Source of the DNA: Verrucomicrobiia bacterium | Lineage (GTDB): Bacteria; Verrucomicrobiota; Verrucomicrobiia; Limisphaerales; UBA9464 | Reading direction: 5' to 3' | Length of the DNA stretch: 64,000 bases | Assembly: GCA_019634635.1 (NCBI GenBank) | Contig: JAHCBB010000005.1 | Span: 173,474 to 237,473, forward strand | Shown: one piece after another, positions 28,069-37,646 of the stretch | Layout: every line of letters starts with the position of its first letter | Position numbering within the stretch: position 1 is the stretch's first letter | Program-made: the position numbers and the translations under genes | Notes under the pieces: model-generated | Told to the model about the DNA's origin: nothing | Seen by the model: the letters and a program-made list of their open reading frames with translations, nothing else | The model's database searches: none

Positions 28069-29442
28069 TCAGCGCACTTCCCCGGGCAGACCCGCCTCCG
28101 CGCCCTCCCCGGACACGGGCCCGGTGCGGCGTCCGTAAAGGGTCAGGCCCTTGAGCAGGTCGCGGGCCCGTTCCCGCTGGGCGTCGCGCCGTTCGGCCAC
28201 GAGGGCGTGCAACCGCTCCTGCCGTTCGGCAGGGAACGCCTTCAGCGCCAGTTCCAGATTGGCCTCGCCCCCGGGGAGCCGGGCCAGCTGGATGGCGATC
28301 TCCTCGTCCTCGGACAGCGGGACGATCACGTCGGGGGTGATCCCCTGGCCGTGGATCACCTTCAGGCTCGGGGTGTAGTACTTCGCGGTGGTCAGGCGCA
28401 GCGCGGAACCGTCGGGGAGCGGCATCACGCTTTGCACCGAACCCTTGCCAAAACTTTGCTCGCCGACCACGACGGCCCGCTTCAGGTCCTGGAGGGCTCC
28501 CGACACGATCTCCGACGCGCTGGCGCTGCCTCCGTTGATCAGGATGGCCATGGGCAGCTTTTCGCTGATGCGCTTGCGTCCGCCCCCGGACGCCCGCCGT
28601 TCCACGTCGTTCGCCGGGTTGCGCCCGCGGGTGGAGACAATGGGCTTGCCCTTCTCGACAAACTTCTCGCTGACGGCCACCGCCTGGTCGAGCAATCCCC
28701 CGGGATTGCCCCGAAGGTCCAGGATCAGCGCCTTCATTCCCTGGCGCTCGAGCTTCTGAAGGGCCTCCTCCAATTCCTCGGCCGTCCGCTCGCCGAACTG
28801 GGTCAGGCGGATATAGCCCACCTTGGAGTCGTCGAGGGGAAATTCCCGCCGGTTGTTGATGTCCTTGGCCGTGTGGACCTGGATCCGCTGACGGGTCAGG
28901 GGGAAATCAAGGAGTTGCTCCGTCCCAGGCCGTTCCACCGATACCGTGACCTTGGTCCGGGGCACGCCGCGCAACAACTTGACGGCATCGCCGACGGTCA
29001 TGCCGTCGGTGGACTTCCCGTCAATTTTCGCAATCCGGTCCCCGGCCATGATGCCGGCCTCGAAGGCGGGGGTGTCCTCCATCGGGGCCACGACGAACAA
29101 CTGGTCGTCCCGCTGGGAGACCTGCATGCCGACCCCGCTGAACTGGCCTTCGGTGTCCTCCTTCAGCTCGTCAAAGGCGACCGGCTCCATGAACTCACTG
29201 TGCGGGTCCAGCGAGTTCAGCATGCCCCGCAGGGCGCCGTGGACGAGTTCCTCGTACGTCAGCTTGTCGCCGTCGGCATAGTCGCGTCGGACGCGCTCCA
29301 GCACCCGCGAAAACAGCTCCAGCTGCTCGTAGGCGTCGTCCGCCTTGTCCTTGGCGGCGCTGGCCTCGAAGACCTGGGAGCCGATGAAGACATAACCTCC
29401 GAGGCAGGCGACAAAGGCGGCGTAGAGCAGGCGTTGCTTCAT
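28069..29442 (-). CDS. ctpA: C-terminal processing (tail-specific) peptidase, family S41, with a PDZ domain.
   Basis: Signal/transmembrane N-terminus MKQRLLYAAFVACLGGYVFI. PDZ region GDRIAKIDGKSTDGMTVGDAVKLLRG. S41 catalytic block KALILDLRGNPGGLLDQAVAVSEKFV and AILINGGSASASEIVSGALQD. Confidence 0.8.
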   Translation of the reverse strand: MKQRLLYAAFVACLGGYVFIGSQVFEASAAKDKADDAYEQLELFSRVLERVRRDYADGDKLTYEELVHGALRGMLNSLDPHSEFMEPVAFDELKEDTEGQFSGVGMQVSQRDDQLFVVAPMEDTPAFEAGIMAGDRIAKIDGKSTDGMTVGDAVKLLRGVPRTKVTVSVERPGTEQLLDFPLTRQRIQVHTAKDINNRREFPLDDSKVGYIRLTQFGERTAEELEEALQKLERQGMKALILDLRGNPGGLLDQAVAVSEKFVEKGKPIVSTRGRNPANDVERRASGGGRKRISEKLPMAILINGGSASASEIVSGALQDLKRAVVVGEQSFGKGSVQSVMPLPDGSALRLTTAKYYTPSLKVIHGQGITPDVIVPLSEDEEIAIQLARLPGGEANLELALKAFPAERQERLHALVAERRDAQRERARDLLKGLTLYGRRTGPVSGEGAEAGLPGEVR

Positions 29443-29539
29443 GAGAGGCTGCCCGTGGCAGCGGGGAAAGCCTATCCGGGAAGGACCCGGCCTGCAACCC
29501 GCCCACGGGCCCGCCCGCCAGCGGTTTGCCGGTGGGAAT

Positions 29540-30319
29540 TCACCACCAGAGGTAGTTGGGGTCCACCGGACGCGACATCCAGCTGGGGTCGTAGTTCAAG
29601 GGAAACATGAACAGGGCCACGTGGCCGTCGCCGTACATCATGTTCCATCCCCGCTTGCCACGATTGTTGTGCCAGACGCTCTTGGCCCTGGACTGGGCGT
29701 TGACGCGGCCATCGCCGGCATCCCGGGACCCGTGCCAGGGCCAGTCGCCCTGGATGATCTTGTTGACCGGGCTGCGCGCGATCTCACTCGTTTTGATCGG
29801 CTGCCCCTCCCGGCTGGTGCGCGGCGCCTTGGAATCGCCGGTGACATGTTTGACCCCGAACCAGTCGAGCGCCCACATGGGCAGGTAGCTGTTGCCCCAG
29901 GCGGCAAAGCAGTTGGGCCGGGATTCATTGGGCCAGTAGCTGTCGCCCTTGTCCGACGGGCAGTGGAAGGCCTGGACCGCCGGCACGTACCGGTTGAGGG
30001 GCCGGTTCGTCTCGCCGACGCTGTCGTGGACAATGGCACGGCCGTTGGTCCGGATCATGCCGCCGACCGTCGCCCAGTCCCCATGAACGGGATAAAGATC
30101 GGCGTTGTCATCGGCGTACATGTGGTAGCCGAGATATTGCTGCTTCTGATTGCTCACGCAGCGGATCGCCTGGGCCTTCACCTTGGACCGGGCCAGCGCG
30201 GGCAGCAGCATCCCGGCCAGGATCGCGATGATGGCGATGACCACGAGCAGTTCAATCAGCGTGAAGCCGGGGCGGCCAGGGGAGGCACCCGGGAGCGCCT
30301 GGAGGGGAGTCGTCTTCAT
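29540..30319 (-). CDS. Prepilin-type N-terminal cleavage/methylation protein (DUF1559 / H-X9-DG family, type II pseudopilin-like).
   Basis: [29 protein letters not shown] immediately after the leader. C-terminal region typical of the PVC DUF1559 expansion (HGDWATVGG ..., [19 protein letters not shown]). Confidence 0.75.
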   Translation of the reverse strand: MKTTPLQALPGASPGRPGFTLIELLVVIAIIAILAGMLLPALARSKVKAQAIRCVSNQKQQYLGYHMYADDNADLYPVHGDWATVGGMIRTNGRAIVHDSVGETNRPLNRYVPAVQAFHCPSDKGDSYWPNESRPNCFAAWGNSYLPMWALDWFGVKHVTGDSKAPRTSREGQPIKTSEIARSPVNKIIQGDWPWHGSRDAGDGRVNAQSRAKSVWHNNRGKRGWNMMYGDGHVALFMFPLNYDPSWMSRPVDPNYLWW

Positions 30320-30599
30320 GAGCCTGAGGGAATTCTCGAACGGAGATAACAGCTCCCCCGGCGTCCGGCAATCCCGATCGCCCCGCCTCGCGATCGGACG
30401 GTCAGGATTGGGGAACAGCTCCCGGGGTTGCGGGGACAGCGCCCCGACGCATCCGGTCCGCGGTTCAGTTGGCGGCGCTGCTTCAGCCGGTGCCTTGACA
30501 ATGAGATCGCGCGCGGGAAGGGGTTGGCATCACCTGCGGCCGGTCCCGCCTGAACCCGGGGGCAACTGGAGCACCGGCTGCTGGTTCACACTGCATCAC

Positions 30600-32354
30600 A
30601 TGAAAGTCCCCCTGGCCGTTCTCCTGGCATCCCTCGTTGCATCCCTGGCCCCGGCATTGGGTCACGGGTCCATGTCCCGGCCGGTGAGCCGGGTGTACCA
30701 GATCTATCTGGAAGACCCGCAAAGTCCCGACCACCCCTCCAGCCGAGCCGCCATCGCCGTGGCGGGCACGCAGGCATTCTACGACTGGCATGAGGTGAAT
30801 CGCCTGGTGCCCGACTACAACTATCGGGCGTTGATTCCCGACGGCCAGCTGGCCAGTGCGGGGCGGGCAAAATATGCCGGCCTGGACCTGCTGCGATCGG
30901 ACTGGCCCAAGACCCGGGTCCACCGCGGCGCGTATCACATGATCTTCAACGCCCATGTGCCGCACGACCCGAGCTTCTTCCAGGCCTTCATTTCCAGGCC
31001 CGGCTGGAGCCCGCTTCAGCCCCTGCGCTGGTCGGATCTTGAGCCGCTGCCCGGTGCGGAGTTCTTCCGCCGCCAGGGAAACCTCTACACCTTCGACACC
31101 GAGCTTCCGGCCCGCACCGGACACCACGTCATCTACGTGATCTGGCAGCGCATTGATCCGGCAGGCGAGGCCTTCTTCTCGATCAGCGACGTGGATTTTG
31201 GTGACGGGTCCGGTTACGGCAACCCGTACGACGGGGACACCGTCCTGCCGCCCGACTCCACCGATCACAGCGGCCACGCCGCCGTCACGGCATTCTTTCG
31301 GGTTCAGAGCGAGTGGAGCACCGGATTCAGTGGAGAAGTCACGATCACCAACACCACGCCGTATCTGTGGAATGGTTGGAGCGTGTCCTTCGATCTCAAC
31401 GGGACCCTTCAGAATCTTTGGAGCTCACGCCTCGTCTCCAGGAGCGGCAGCCGGTACACGGTCACCAACGACCCGTGGAACGCTGCGATCCAGCCGGGAC
31501 AGAGGCTGGTCTTCGGGTTCAACGCCTCCCCAGCGTATGCCCAGGTCGGAGCGCCCTACGGCTTCCTCCTGAACGGGGCGTCCGCGCTGCCGGGCACGGG
31601 CACCGGAACGGGCAGTAGTTCCGGTTCTGGAGCGGGTTCTGGAACCGGAACCGGTGGCTCGGGCGGTACCGTCGCCACTCCACCGCCGGCCGCGATCACC
31701 GTCACCAACGGCGGGGCGGCCCTCACCTTCACCGAGGACCATCGCTGGTCCACCGGCTTCACCGGGACCGTGCGGATCCGGAACCGGGGCACCACTCCCA
31801 TCAGCGCATGGACGCTCGCATTTCAGCTCAACGGTACCGTCACCGACCAGTGGAACGTGGTTCGCAAGAGCGTGTCCGGCTCCACCTATACATTCGGCAA
31901 CGCCTCATGGAACGGATCCATCCCGCCGGGCGCCACAGTGAGCTTCGGATTCAACGCCGCCGCCGCCGCCGGGGTCCGGCCTTCGTCCTTCGTGTTCAAG
32001 GGCGCGACGACCAGTTCCACCGGGTCCATTGGAAGCACGCCGACCAGCGGCGGCAAGGTCCAGGGACGTTTGGACCTCCGGGTCCCCGACAATTGGGGCA
32101 GCGGCTTTACGGGCGCGGCGACGGTGTCGCATGTCTCGGGTCCAAACCTCAACGGCTGGACCCTCTCCTTCGACTTTCCCCACCGGATCACCACGGTGTG
32201 GGACGCCGTCCTCGTCTCCAAAGTGGGCAACCGCTACACCCTCCGCAACGCGTCGTGGAACGGCATGCTCAAGGCGGGAGGCCGGGTGGCCTTTGGGTTC
32301 AACGCCGATCCCGGCGGCCGGATCACGCCGCCATCGAACGTCACGCTCAAGTAG
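30600..32354 (+). CDS. Lytic polysaccharide monooxygenase (auxiliary activity family AA10) with three C-terminal CBM2 carbohydrate-binding modules.
   Basis: Signal peptide MKVPLAVLLASLVASLAPALG is cleaved to leave His1 (HGSMSRPVSRVYQIY). A second His sits in the conserved HHVIYVIWQRIDPAGEAFFSISDVDF block (AA10 H...W...EAF[FY]...DV pattern). Three CBM2-type modules follow (W.TGF.G.V.I.N.....W.GW...F.....L...W......G..Y........I..G....FGFNA), separated by Gly/Ser/Thr linkers. Confidence 0.7.
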   Translation: MKVPLAVLLASLVASLAPALGHGSMSRPVSRVYQIYLEDPQSPDHPSSRAAIAVAGTQAFYDWHEVNRLVPDYNYRALIPDGQLASAGRAKYAGLDLLRSDWPKTRVHRGAYHMIFNAHVPHDPSFFQAFISRPGWSPLQPLRWSDLEPLPGAEFFRRQGNLYTFDTELPARTGHHVIYVIWQRIDPAGEAFFSISDVDFGDGSGYGNPYDGDTVLPPDSTDHSGHAAVTAFFRVQSEWSTGFSGEVTITNTTPYLWNGWSVSFDLNGTLQNLWSSRLVSRSGSRYTVTNDPWNAAIQPGQRLVFGFNASPAYAQVGAPYGFLLNGASALPGTGTGTGSSSGSGAGSGTGTGGSGGTVATPPPAAITVTNGGAALTFTEDHRWSTGFTGTVRIRNRGTTPISAWTLAFQLNGTVTDQWNVVRKSVSGSTYTFGNASWNGSIPPGATVSFGFNAAAAAGVRPSSFVFKGATTSSTGSIGSTPTSGGKVQGRLDLRVPDNWGSGFTGAATVSHVSGPNLNGWTLSFDFPHRITTVWDAVLVSKVGNRYTLRNASWNGMLKAGGRVAFGFNADPGGRITPPSNVTLK

Positions 32355-32372
32355 CGCGTGCTGGAGGTCTGT

Positions 32373-32404
32373 CGAACGGCCGCCGGGGTCACCCGGCGGC
32401 CGTT
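32373..32404. terminator. GC-rich hairpin between the convergent LPMO (+) and 159-aa (-) genes; candidate bidirectional intrinsic terminator.
   Basis: cggccgccgggg-tca-cccggcggccg followed by tttcc. It lies 19 nt after the LPMO stop and 14 nt after the stop of the minus-strand gene. Confidence 0.35.
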
Positions 32405-32417
32405 TCCCGGAGAGGGA

Positions 32418-32897
32418 TCACCGCCAGAACCGTTCGCGCTGCTCGCGGGTCAGCTGCTTGTAGAGGGCCGTGTCCCTCGCGAGGCCGTCCAGGTAGCCCA
32501 GTGCGAGCTCCCAGGACATGTTGTCCCGCTCCTTGTCGGTAATGACGTTTCGGATGTTCCGGGCGTACCAGCCAAACATGTAAACTTGGGTATGCCGCGG
32601 CACCGCCTCGTTGTTGGCCAGCAGGGCCAGCCGTTCGACCTCAAGCAGCATCAGATGAAACTTCGCCTCCATCGCGGTGTCGCCGTGGTCCCGGGTCAGC
32701 GCCTCGGACTCGATGGCGGTGAGATTGCTGGCGATGTAGCCGTCCGTGGCAAAAAGCCTCCGGTGGGATTCAATGAAGCGCGAGATGTTCTCGACCCGCC
32801 GGTTCCGCACCAGCAGGAGCGAATTTACGAGGAAAACCAGCAGTGCGACGAGCGCTGCAACCACCGTCGCCCAGTTACGAAGTTCGTCGCTGCTCAT
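32418..32897 (-). CDS. Hypothetical membrane-anchored protein (159 aa).
   Basis: N-terminal transmembrane helix WATVVAALVALLVFLVNSLLLV. No family recognised. GC3-rich ORF in the gap between the LPMO and the sulfatase. Confidence 0.4.
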   Translation of the reverse strand: MSSDELRNWATVVAALVALLVFLVNSLLLVRNRRVENISRFIESHRRLFATDGYIASNLTAIESEALTRDHGDTAMEAKFHLMLLEVERLALLANNEAVPRHTQVYMFGWYARNIRNVITDKERDNMSWELALGYLDGLARDTALYKQLTREQRERFWR

Positions 32898-33018
32898 ACG
32901 GCGTGTCCCAACGCGGGGCGGGAGGAGGGTCCCACGGTCCTTTCGCCCGGGTCACGACAAAGTTCGCCTCGCAACACATGCGGTCGGCGCGCATACACTC
33001 CGGTCCGCCGTTGCCCCC

Positions 33019-34497
33019 ATGTTGCCTCAGATCCGCCGAATCGCCCGCCTCGCCATCTGGATTCTTGGTATCGCCACGGTCTCCGCCCGGGCGGCCCGGC
33101 CGATGAATGTCGTGGTGTTCCTGGCCGATGATCTGGGGCAACGCGACCTCGGTTGTTATGGAAGCTCCTTTTACGAAACCCCGCATCTCGACCGATTGGC
33201 GCGGGAGGGGGCGCGGTTCACGGACGCGTATGCGGCCTGTCCGGTCTGTTCACCCACGCGGGCCAGCCTGCTCACCGGCCAGTGGCCGCAGCGCCTGGGG
33301 ATCACGGACTACATCGGCGCGCCGATGCGGCCGGAGGCCTGGTGGCGCAACACCCGGTCGCTGCCCGCGCCCTACACGGACCGGCTGGCGCTGGAAACGC
33401 CGAACCTTGCCAGATCCCTGAAGTCGGCGGGATTCGCCACCTTCTTTGCCGGCAAGTGGCATCTCGGGCCCGAGGGATGGTGGCCGGAGGACCAGGGGTT
33501 TGACGTGAATCGCGGTGGCATTGACCGGGGAGGTCCGTATGGCGGCAGCCAGTACTTCTCCCCGTACGGCAATCCCCGCCTCGAAGACGGGCCGCCGGGA
33601 GAGCACCTCCCCGACCGGCTGGCGGCGGAGACCGGACGCTTCATCGCCGGTCGGAAAGACGGTCCGTTTCTGGCCTATTTCGCGTTTTACGATGTCCACA
33701 CGCCGTTGATGGCCCGCGAGGATCTGCGTCAGAAGTATGCCGCCAGACGGGAGCGGCTCGGACTTGCGGAACGTTGGGGACGCGAGGAGCCCCGGGACGT
33801 GAGGCTCTCCCAGGATCACGTGGTGTATGCGGCGATTGTCGAGGCAATGGACGCCGCCGTCGGGCGCGTGCTCGCCGCACTCGATGCCCACGGGCTCCGG
33901 GAGTCCACGGTGGTGTTGTTCACCAGCGACAACGGCGGGCTGTCCACTAGCGAGGGCTGGCCGACGTCGAATGCCCCCTGGCGCGGGGGCAAGGGATGGG
34001 TGTACGAGGGCGGGATCCGCGTGCCGCTCCTGGTCCGGTGGCCCGGGGTGACCGTGCCCGGGAGCGTGGTCCGGACACCGGTGAGCAGTCCGGATCTTCT
34101 GCCCACGGTGCTTGAGGCCGCCGGCGCATCACCGGCATCAGGGCAGGTTCTGGACGGGCGCAGTCTGTTGCCGCTGCTGAAGGGTGAATCCGCTCCGGAA
34201 AGGCCGATCTTCTGGCACTACCCGCACTATGGCAACCAGGGCGGCGCCCCGGCGGCGGCGATTCGTCGCGGCGACTGGAAGCTGATCGAGTGGCTGGAGG
34301 ACGGCCGGTTGGAGTTATTCCACCTGGCGGATGATCCCTCGGAGCAGACGAGCCGCGTCGCGGAGATGCCGGCCCGCGCGCAGCGTCTGCACCAGGAGCT
34401 GAACGCCTGGCAGCGGGATGTTGGTGCCCGGTTCCCGACCGCAAATCCCAGGTACGATCCGACGCAACCGGATGGACGTGAATCGAAGCGTCCGTGA
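33019..34497 (+). CDS. Sulfatase (formylglycine-dependent arylsulfatase family).
   Basis: Signal peptide MLPQIRRIARLAIWILGIATVSARA. Sulfatase signature VVFLADDLGQRDLGCYG ... CPVCSPTRASLLTGQWP (C-x-P-x-R) and GKWHLG. The internal start lies within track ORF 32746..34497. Confidence 0.8.
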   Translation: MLPQIRRIARLAIWILGIATVSARAARPMNVVVFLADDLGQRDLGCYGSSFYETPHLDRLAREGARFTDAYAACPVCSPTRASLLTGQWPQRLGITDYIGAPMRPEAWWRNTRSLPAPYTDRLALETPNLARSLKSAGFATFFAGKWHLGPEGWWPEDQGFDVNRGGIDRGGPYGGSQYFSPYGNPRLEDGPPGEHLPDRLAAETGRFIAGRKDGPFLAYFAFYDVHTPLMAREDLRQKYAARRERLGLAERWGREEPRDVRLSQDHVVYAAIVEAMDAAVGRVLAALDAHGLRESTVVLFTSDNGGLSTSEGWPTSNAPWRGGKGWVYEGGIRVPLLVRWPGVTVPGSVVRTPVSSPDLLPTVLEAAGASPASGQVLDGRSLLPLLKGESAPERPIFWHYPHYGNQGGAPAAAIRRGDWKLIEWLEDGRLELFHLADDPSEQTSRVAEMPARAQRLHQELNAWQRDVGARFPTANPRYDPTQPDGRESKRP

Positions 34498-34598
34498 CTT
34501 CGAAGGCTCAGGTGAGGGAGGAATGCGTTCGCGGTCCGGGGCGTGCGCGCCAGGGCCCCGGCGGGCAGATCGGTGGCGATTGGATCCGGCCCCCGGGG

Positions 34599-36131
34599 CT
34601 AGCGCCCGCGGTTGCGCAGCAGGAGCAACGACGGACCGCGTTCCGCCCAGGCGGCACGCAGGGCGGTCGGGGCGTCAAAGGCTCCGCGGTTCGCGGCGCC
34701 GAGAACGATGTCGGCATGACCGTCGCCATCCACATCCCCGACATCCATCACCAACCAACGTCCGGACATCCCGGCGTCCAGGGACTCCGGACGGAAGTTC
34801 AGTCCACCCTCATTCCACAACACGACGAACGAGCCCTCCCGGCGGCCGTCGAAATCGGGAAAGTAGGCAATCGCCACGATGTCGAGGTCGCCATCGCCAT
34901 CAAGATCGGCGGCCCGGACGTCGTAGGCGCCGGCCAATGGATAAAACCATGCTTCCTCGAATCGTGGCGCCGCTCCGGTTTCACGAGTCCCGAGATTTCG
35001 GTAGAGCCGGATCCCGTGATAGGGCCTGGGCGAGGACAAGTATTCGCCGCTGTCTCCGTTGGTCACCAGCAGGTCCAGGTCGCCGTCGGCATCCCAGTCC
35101 ACCAGCCGGAATCCGGATCCGCCCCAGACCGGTGGAAACTCGGCAATGGCGTGCATGGCAAACATCGAGGCTCCCCGGTTCTCGAACCAATAGAGCCCCT
35201 CCTGCGCCTGGGCCGTTTGCACGACCACGTCCGTGCGACCGTCGTGGTTGAGATCCGCAACCTCGACCCGGGTGGCCCCTGGACGCGCCAGCAGTTCGTA
35301 AGGGGCCGCCGTCGGATTTCCCCGCGACCACCACGCGACGAGGCCGTCCACATGGCCGAACCCGCTGACGACCCAGTCCGCGATGCCGTCGTCGTCGAGA
35401 TCCCCGAACGCCACGCTGGTTGGCCTCGGCAGTCCGCTCAGGGCGCTTTCGGCGCGGATCCAGGTGTCCCCATCGCGTTGCACCCGGAGCAACCGTCCCC
35501 GCCGCGTCGTGTGCGGTGCCAGATCCCAGATCAGCGGCACATACCAGCCGTCGGGCCGCTCGTGGATGTCCACAGGCGGACTTTCCACCAGCAAGGACGA
35601 CAGGAGGGTGCCTGAGGCGTCCAGCAGGTCCAGGGTCCGGGTCATGGCGTTGCCGACGAGGAGTTGTCGGCGTCCGGAATCCACCCGCAGCAGGGACACC
35701 ATTTGATGCTGCGGCCGGTACGGCAGGAACACCGGGTCGAAGCGTGAAAGCGTCAATGGAATCCTCGGCGGAGGGGGCCCGGGAAAGGTTCCCGGCGCCT
35801 CGGCGAAATACCAGTCCCAGATGCGTCGCCAAGTCTCCAGCCGCTCACGGTCGCCGGACAACTCCGGGTCCAGCGTGTCGAGACCAAGCAACCGGCGCAT
35901 CAGGGGTTCGGTCCCGCCGTGCCAGGTTCTGCGCTCGAGGAGGGCCGGCTCGGGGAAAAGATGGCAGGCGCTGCAATGAGTCCGGGCCAGCTGGGCCGCC
36001 TCAGTCCGTTCCGCCGGGGTGAGCGGTGTCTCGCGAAGCGGCAGCGGACCGGGACTGAACAGGGGCGCCGCGGTGAGGGATCCGAGCCATGCGACGGCGG
36101 CCCAAGCCTGCCGCCGGCGCCGGGACAGCAT
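34599..36131 (-). CDS. FG-GAP/VCBS-repeat protein with an N-terminal CxxCH heme-binding motif.
   Basis: Signal peptide from the internal Met (MLSRRRRQAWAAVAWLGSLTAAPLF). AQLARTHCSACHLFPEP (CxxCH). Repeated FGDLDDDGIADWVV / ADLNHDGRTDVVV / VDWDADGDLDLLV / ADLDGDGDLDIV / GDVDGDGHADIVL (FG-GAP calcium-binding loops). Confidence 0.6.
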   Translation of the reverse strand: MLSRRRRQAWAAVAWLGSLTAAPLFSPGPLPLRETPLTPAERTEAAQLARTHCSACHLFPEPALLERRTWHGGTEPLMRRLLGLDTLDPELSGDRERLETWRRIWDWYFAEAPGTFPGPPPPRIPLTLSRFDPVFLPYRPQHQMVSLLRVDSGRRQLLVGNAMTRTLDLLDASGTLLSSLLVESPPVDIHERPDGWYVPLIWDLAPHTTRRGRLLRVQRDGDTWIRAESALSGLPRPTSVAFGDLDDDGIADWVVSGFGHVDGLVAWWSRGNPTAAPYELLARPGATRVEVADLNHDGRTDVVVQTAQAQEGLYWFENRGASMFAMHAIAEFPPVWGGSGFRLVDWDADGDLDLLVTNGDSGEYLSSPRPYHGIRLYRNLGTRETGAAPRFEEAWFYPLAGAYDVRAADLDGDGDLDIVAIAYFPDFDGRREGSFVVLWNEGGLNFRPESLDAGMSGRWLVMDVGDVDGDGHADIVLGAANRGAFDAPTALRAAWAERGPSLLLLRNRGR

Positions 36132-36200
36132 CCACGATCCGCGGTGCGATTGGGGCGTGGGCATCGGTGCTGCCGGTGGGCCGGCCAATCCCGGCGCGGC

Positions 36201-37631
36201 TCACGCCCGAATCGAGTCCACCGGCCGGAATGCGCGGGACGCAGGGCCGAGCCGGCGTTTGGCACCCATGGCGTCGAGCATCGTGTTGTACAGGTCGAGG
36301 CCCTCCGCTCCGACGTCCAGGATCTGCCCGGTCTTGAAGCGTCCGTCGGCTCCCGTGATGGCGTGGAAGACGCCGCTCAACTCCCGCTTCGAGTCGCTGT
36401 GGCGTCCGTCGCCGGATTCGGTGGAGATGGTGATCAACGAGTTTTCGAGGAGGGTCCGGCCGTTGGCCTCGCGGGTCTCCGGGGAATCCAGCCGGGCGAG
36501 GAAGTAGGCCAGTTCCCGCATCTTCATGTGCGCATGGGCCCGCAGCGCCTCGTTGGGCTTCGCCTCATCAAATTTGTGCCACCACTCGTGGCTGCATCCG
36601 GCCGAGCCCGAGGCGTTGTGCTGCGCGGCGTCGTCGAAGTGGAACACGCTGCGCCCGTTGTAGGCATAGTCACCCTTAAGCCGGATCCGCTCGCCGGCGG
36701 CGAGGAAGGTCAGCGAGCCGATGCGGACGCGGTCCATCTGGATGGCGGTCGCGTAGAGGTCGGCCATGAGGCGCCAGCCCTCAACGAGTTCATCGAGGGT
36801 GATGTCAATGCCCTCACCCCCCGGATCGGCCTCGCCCCCGTGGATCAGTTTGGATCGGGGCGGCACCTGCGGTCCGTTCGGATCGCGAGCCTCCGCGGCC
36901 TGGGCCCGCTGCTCGAATTCCCGGATGCGGTCGAGGTGATCCGCCACGCGGGCCCTGGAGGCCGCACCAAGCGGCGAGTTGGCTCCGGTGTAGTAGCGGT
37001 ACTGTTCCATTACGGAGTCGAGCACGCTGCGCCGGAAGCGCTGGCGCTGGACATCCGGTGCCGCTCCTTCCAGTCCGGAGGAGCCAAATACCCGGTCAAA
37101 CAAATCGCGGGGCTTTTCCTGCATGCCGGCGGCGGGGGTCCCGTCGTCGTTGAAGCTCTGCACGTAGCGGCTGAGCCGGTCGTTGCGGCGGAAGAACGTG
37201 CCGGCCAGCAGCGTCGGCACCACGCCCGGTGGGAAGCCGTCCGCGTAGTGCGTCCGGCGGATCACCTGGTCAATGGAGGGGCCGCCGGCACGGGCGGTCC
37301 CGTTGGGGGGTTCGGCGGTGAACGCACCCGACGAGCCGTCATAGTGGGCATTGATGCCGGGTTCGTCGCAGCGCACCTGGTCCACACCCCGGAGCAGCAG
37401 CAGCCTGCCGGCCAGCGGCTTCAAGGGCTCCAGCACGCCATCGTAGCCTTCCGTCTGCAGCGGCGCCGGAATCCCGAGGCCGAAGAAGAGGTTGAAGGCC
37501 CGCACCGGCACGCCGCCCGCCGGCGCGGCGAGCGCCCGGCCCGGGAGCATCTCCTCCAGGAACGGCAGCCCGATGGCGATGGTGCCGGCGCCCTTGAGGA
37601 GCGTGCGGCGGCTGATGCGTGGATGTTTCAT
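36201..37631 (-). CDS. DUF1501 protein (Tat-secreted, sulfatase-like fold); partner of the PSCyt protein.
   Basis: Twin-arginine leader MKHPRISRRTLLKGAGTIAIGLPF. DUF1501 body with the C-terminal HWHK-like WWHKF region. It sits directly downstream of the DUF1549/DUF1553 gene, as is usual. Confidence 0.8.
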   Translation of the reverse strand: MKHPRISRRTLLKGAGTIAIGLPFLEEMLPGRALAAPAGGVPVRAFNLFFGLGIPAPLQTEGYDGVLEPLKPLAGRLLLLRGVDQVRCDEPGINAHYDGSSGAFTAEPPNGTARAGGPSIDQVIRRTHYADGFPPGVVPTLLAGTFFRRNDRLSRYVQSFNDDGTPAAGMQEKPRDLFDRVFGSSGLEGAAPDVQRQRFRRSVLDSVMEQYRYYTGANSPLGAASRARVADHLDRIREFEQRAQAAEARDPNGPQVPPRSKLIHGGEADPGGEGIDITLDELVEGWRLMADLYATAIQMDRVRIGSLTFLAAGERIRLKGDYAYNGRSVFHFDDAAQHNASGSAGCSHEWWHKFDEAKPNEALRAHAHMKMRELAYFLARLDSPETREANGRTLLENSLITISTESGDGRHSDSKRELSGVFHAITGADGRFKTGQILDVGAEGLDLYNTMLDAMGAKRRLGPASRAFRPVDSIRA

Positions 37632-37646
37632 CTATGGATCGCCGGT

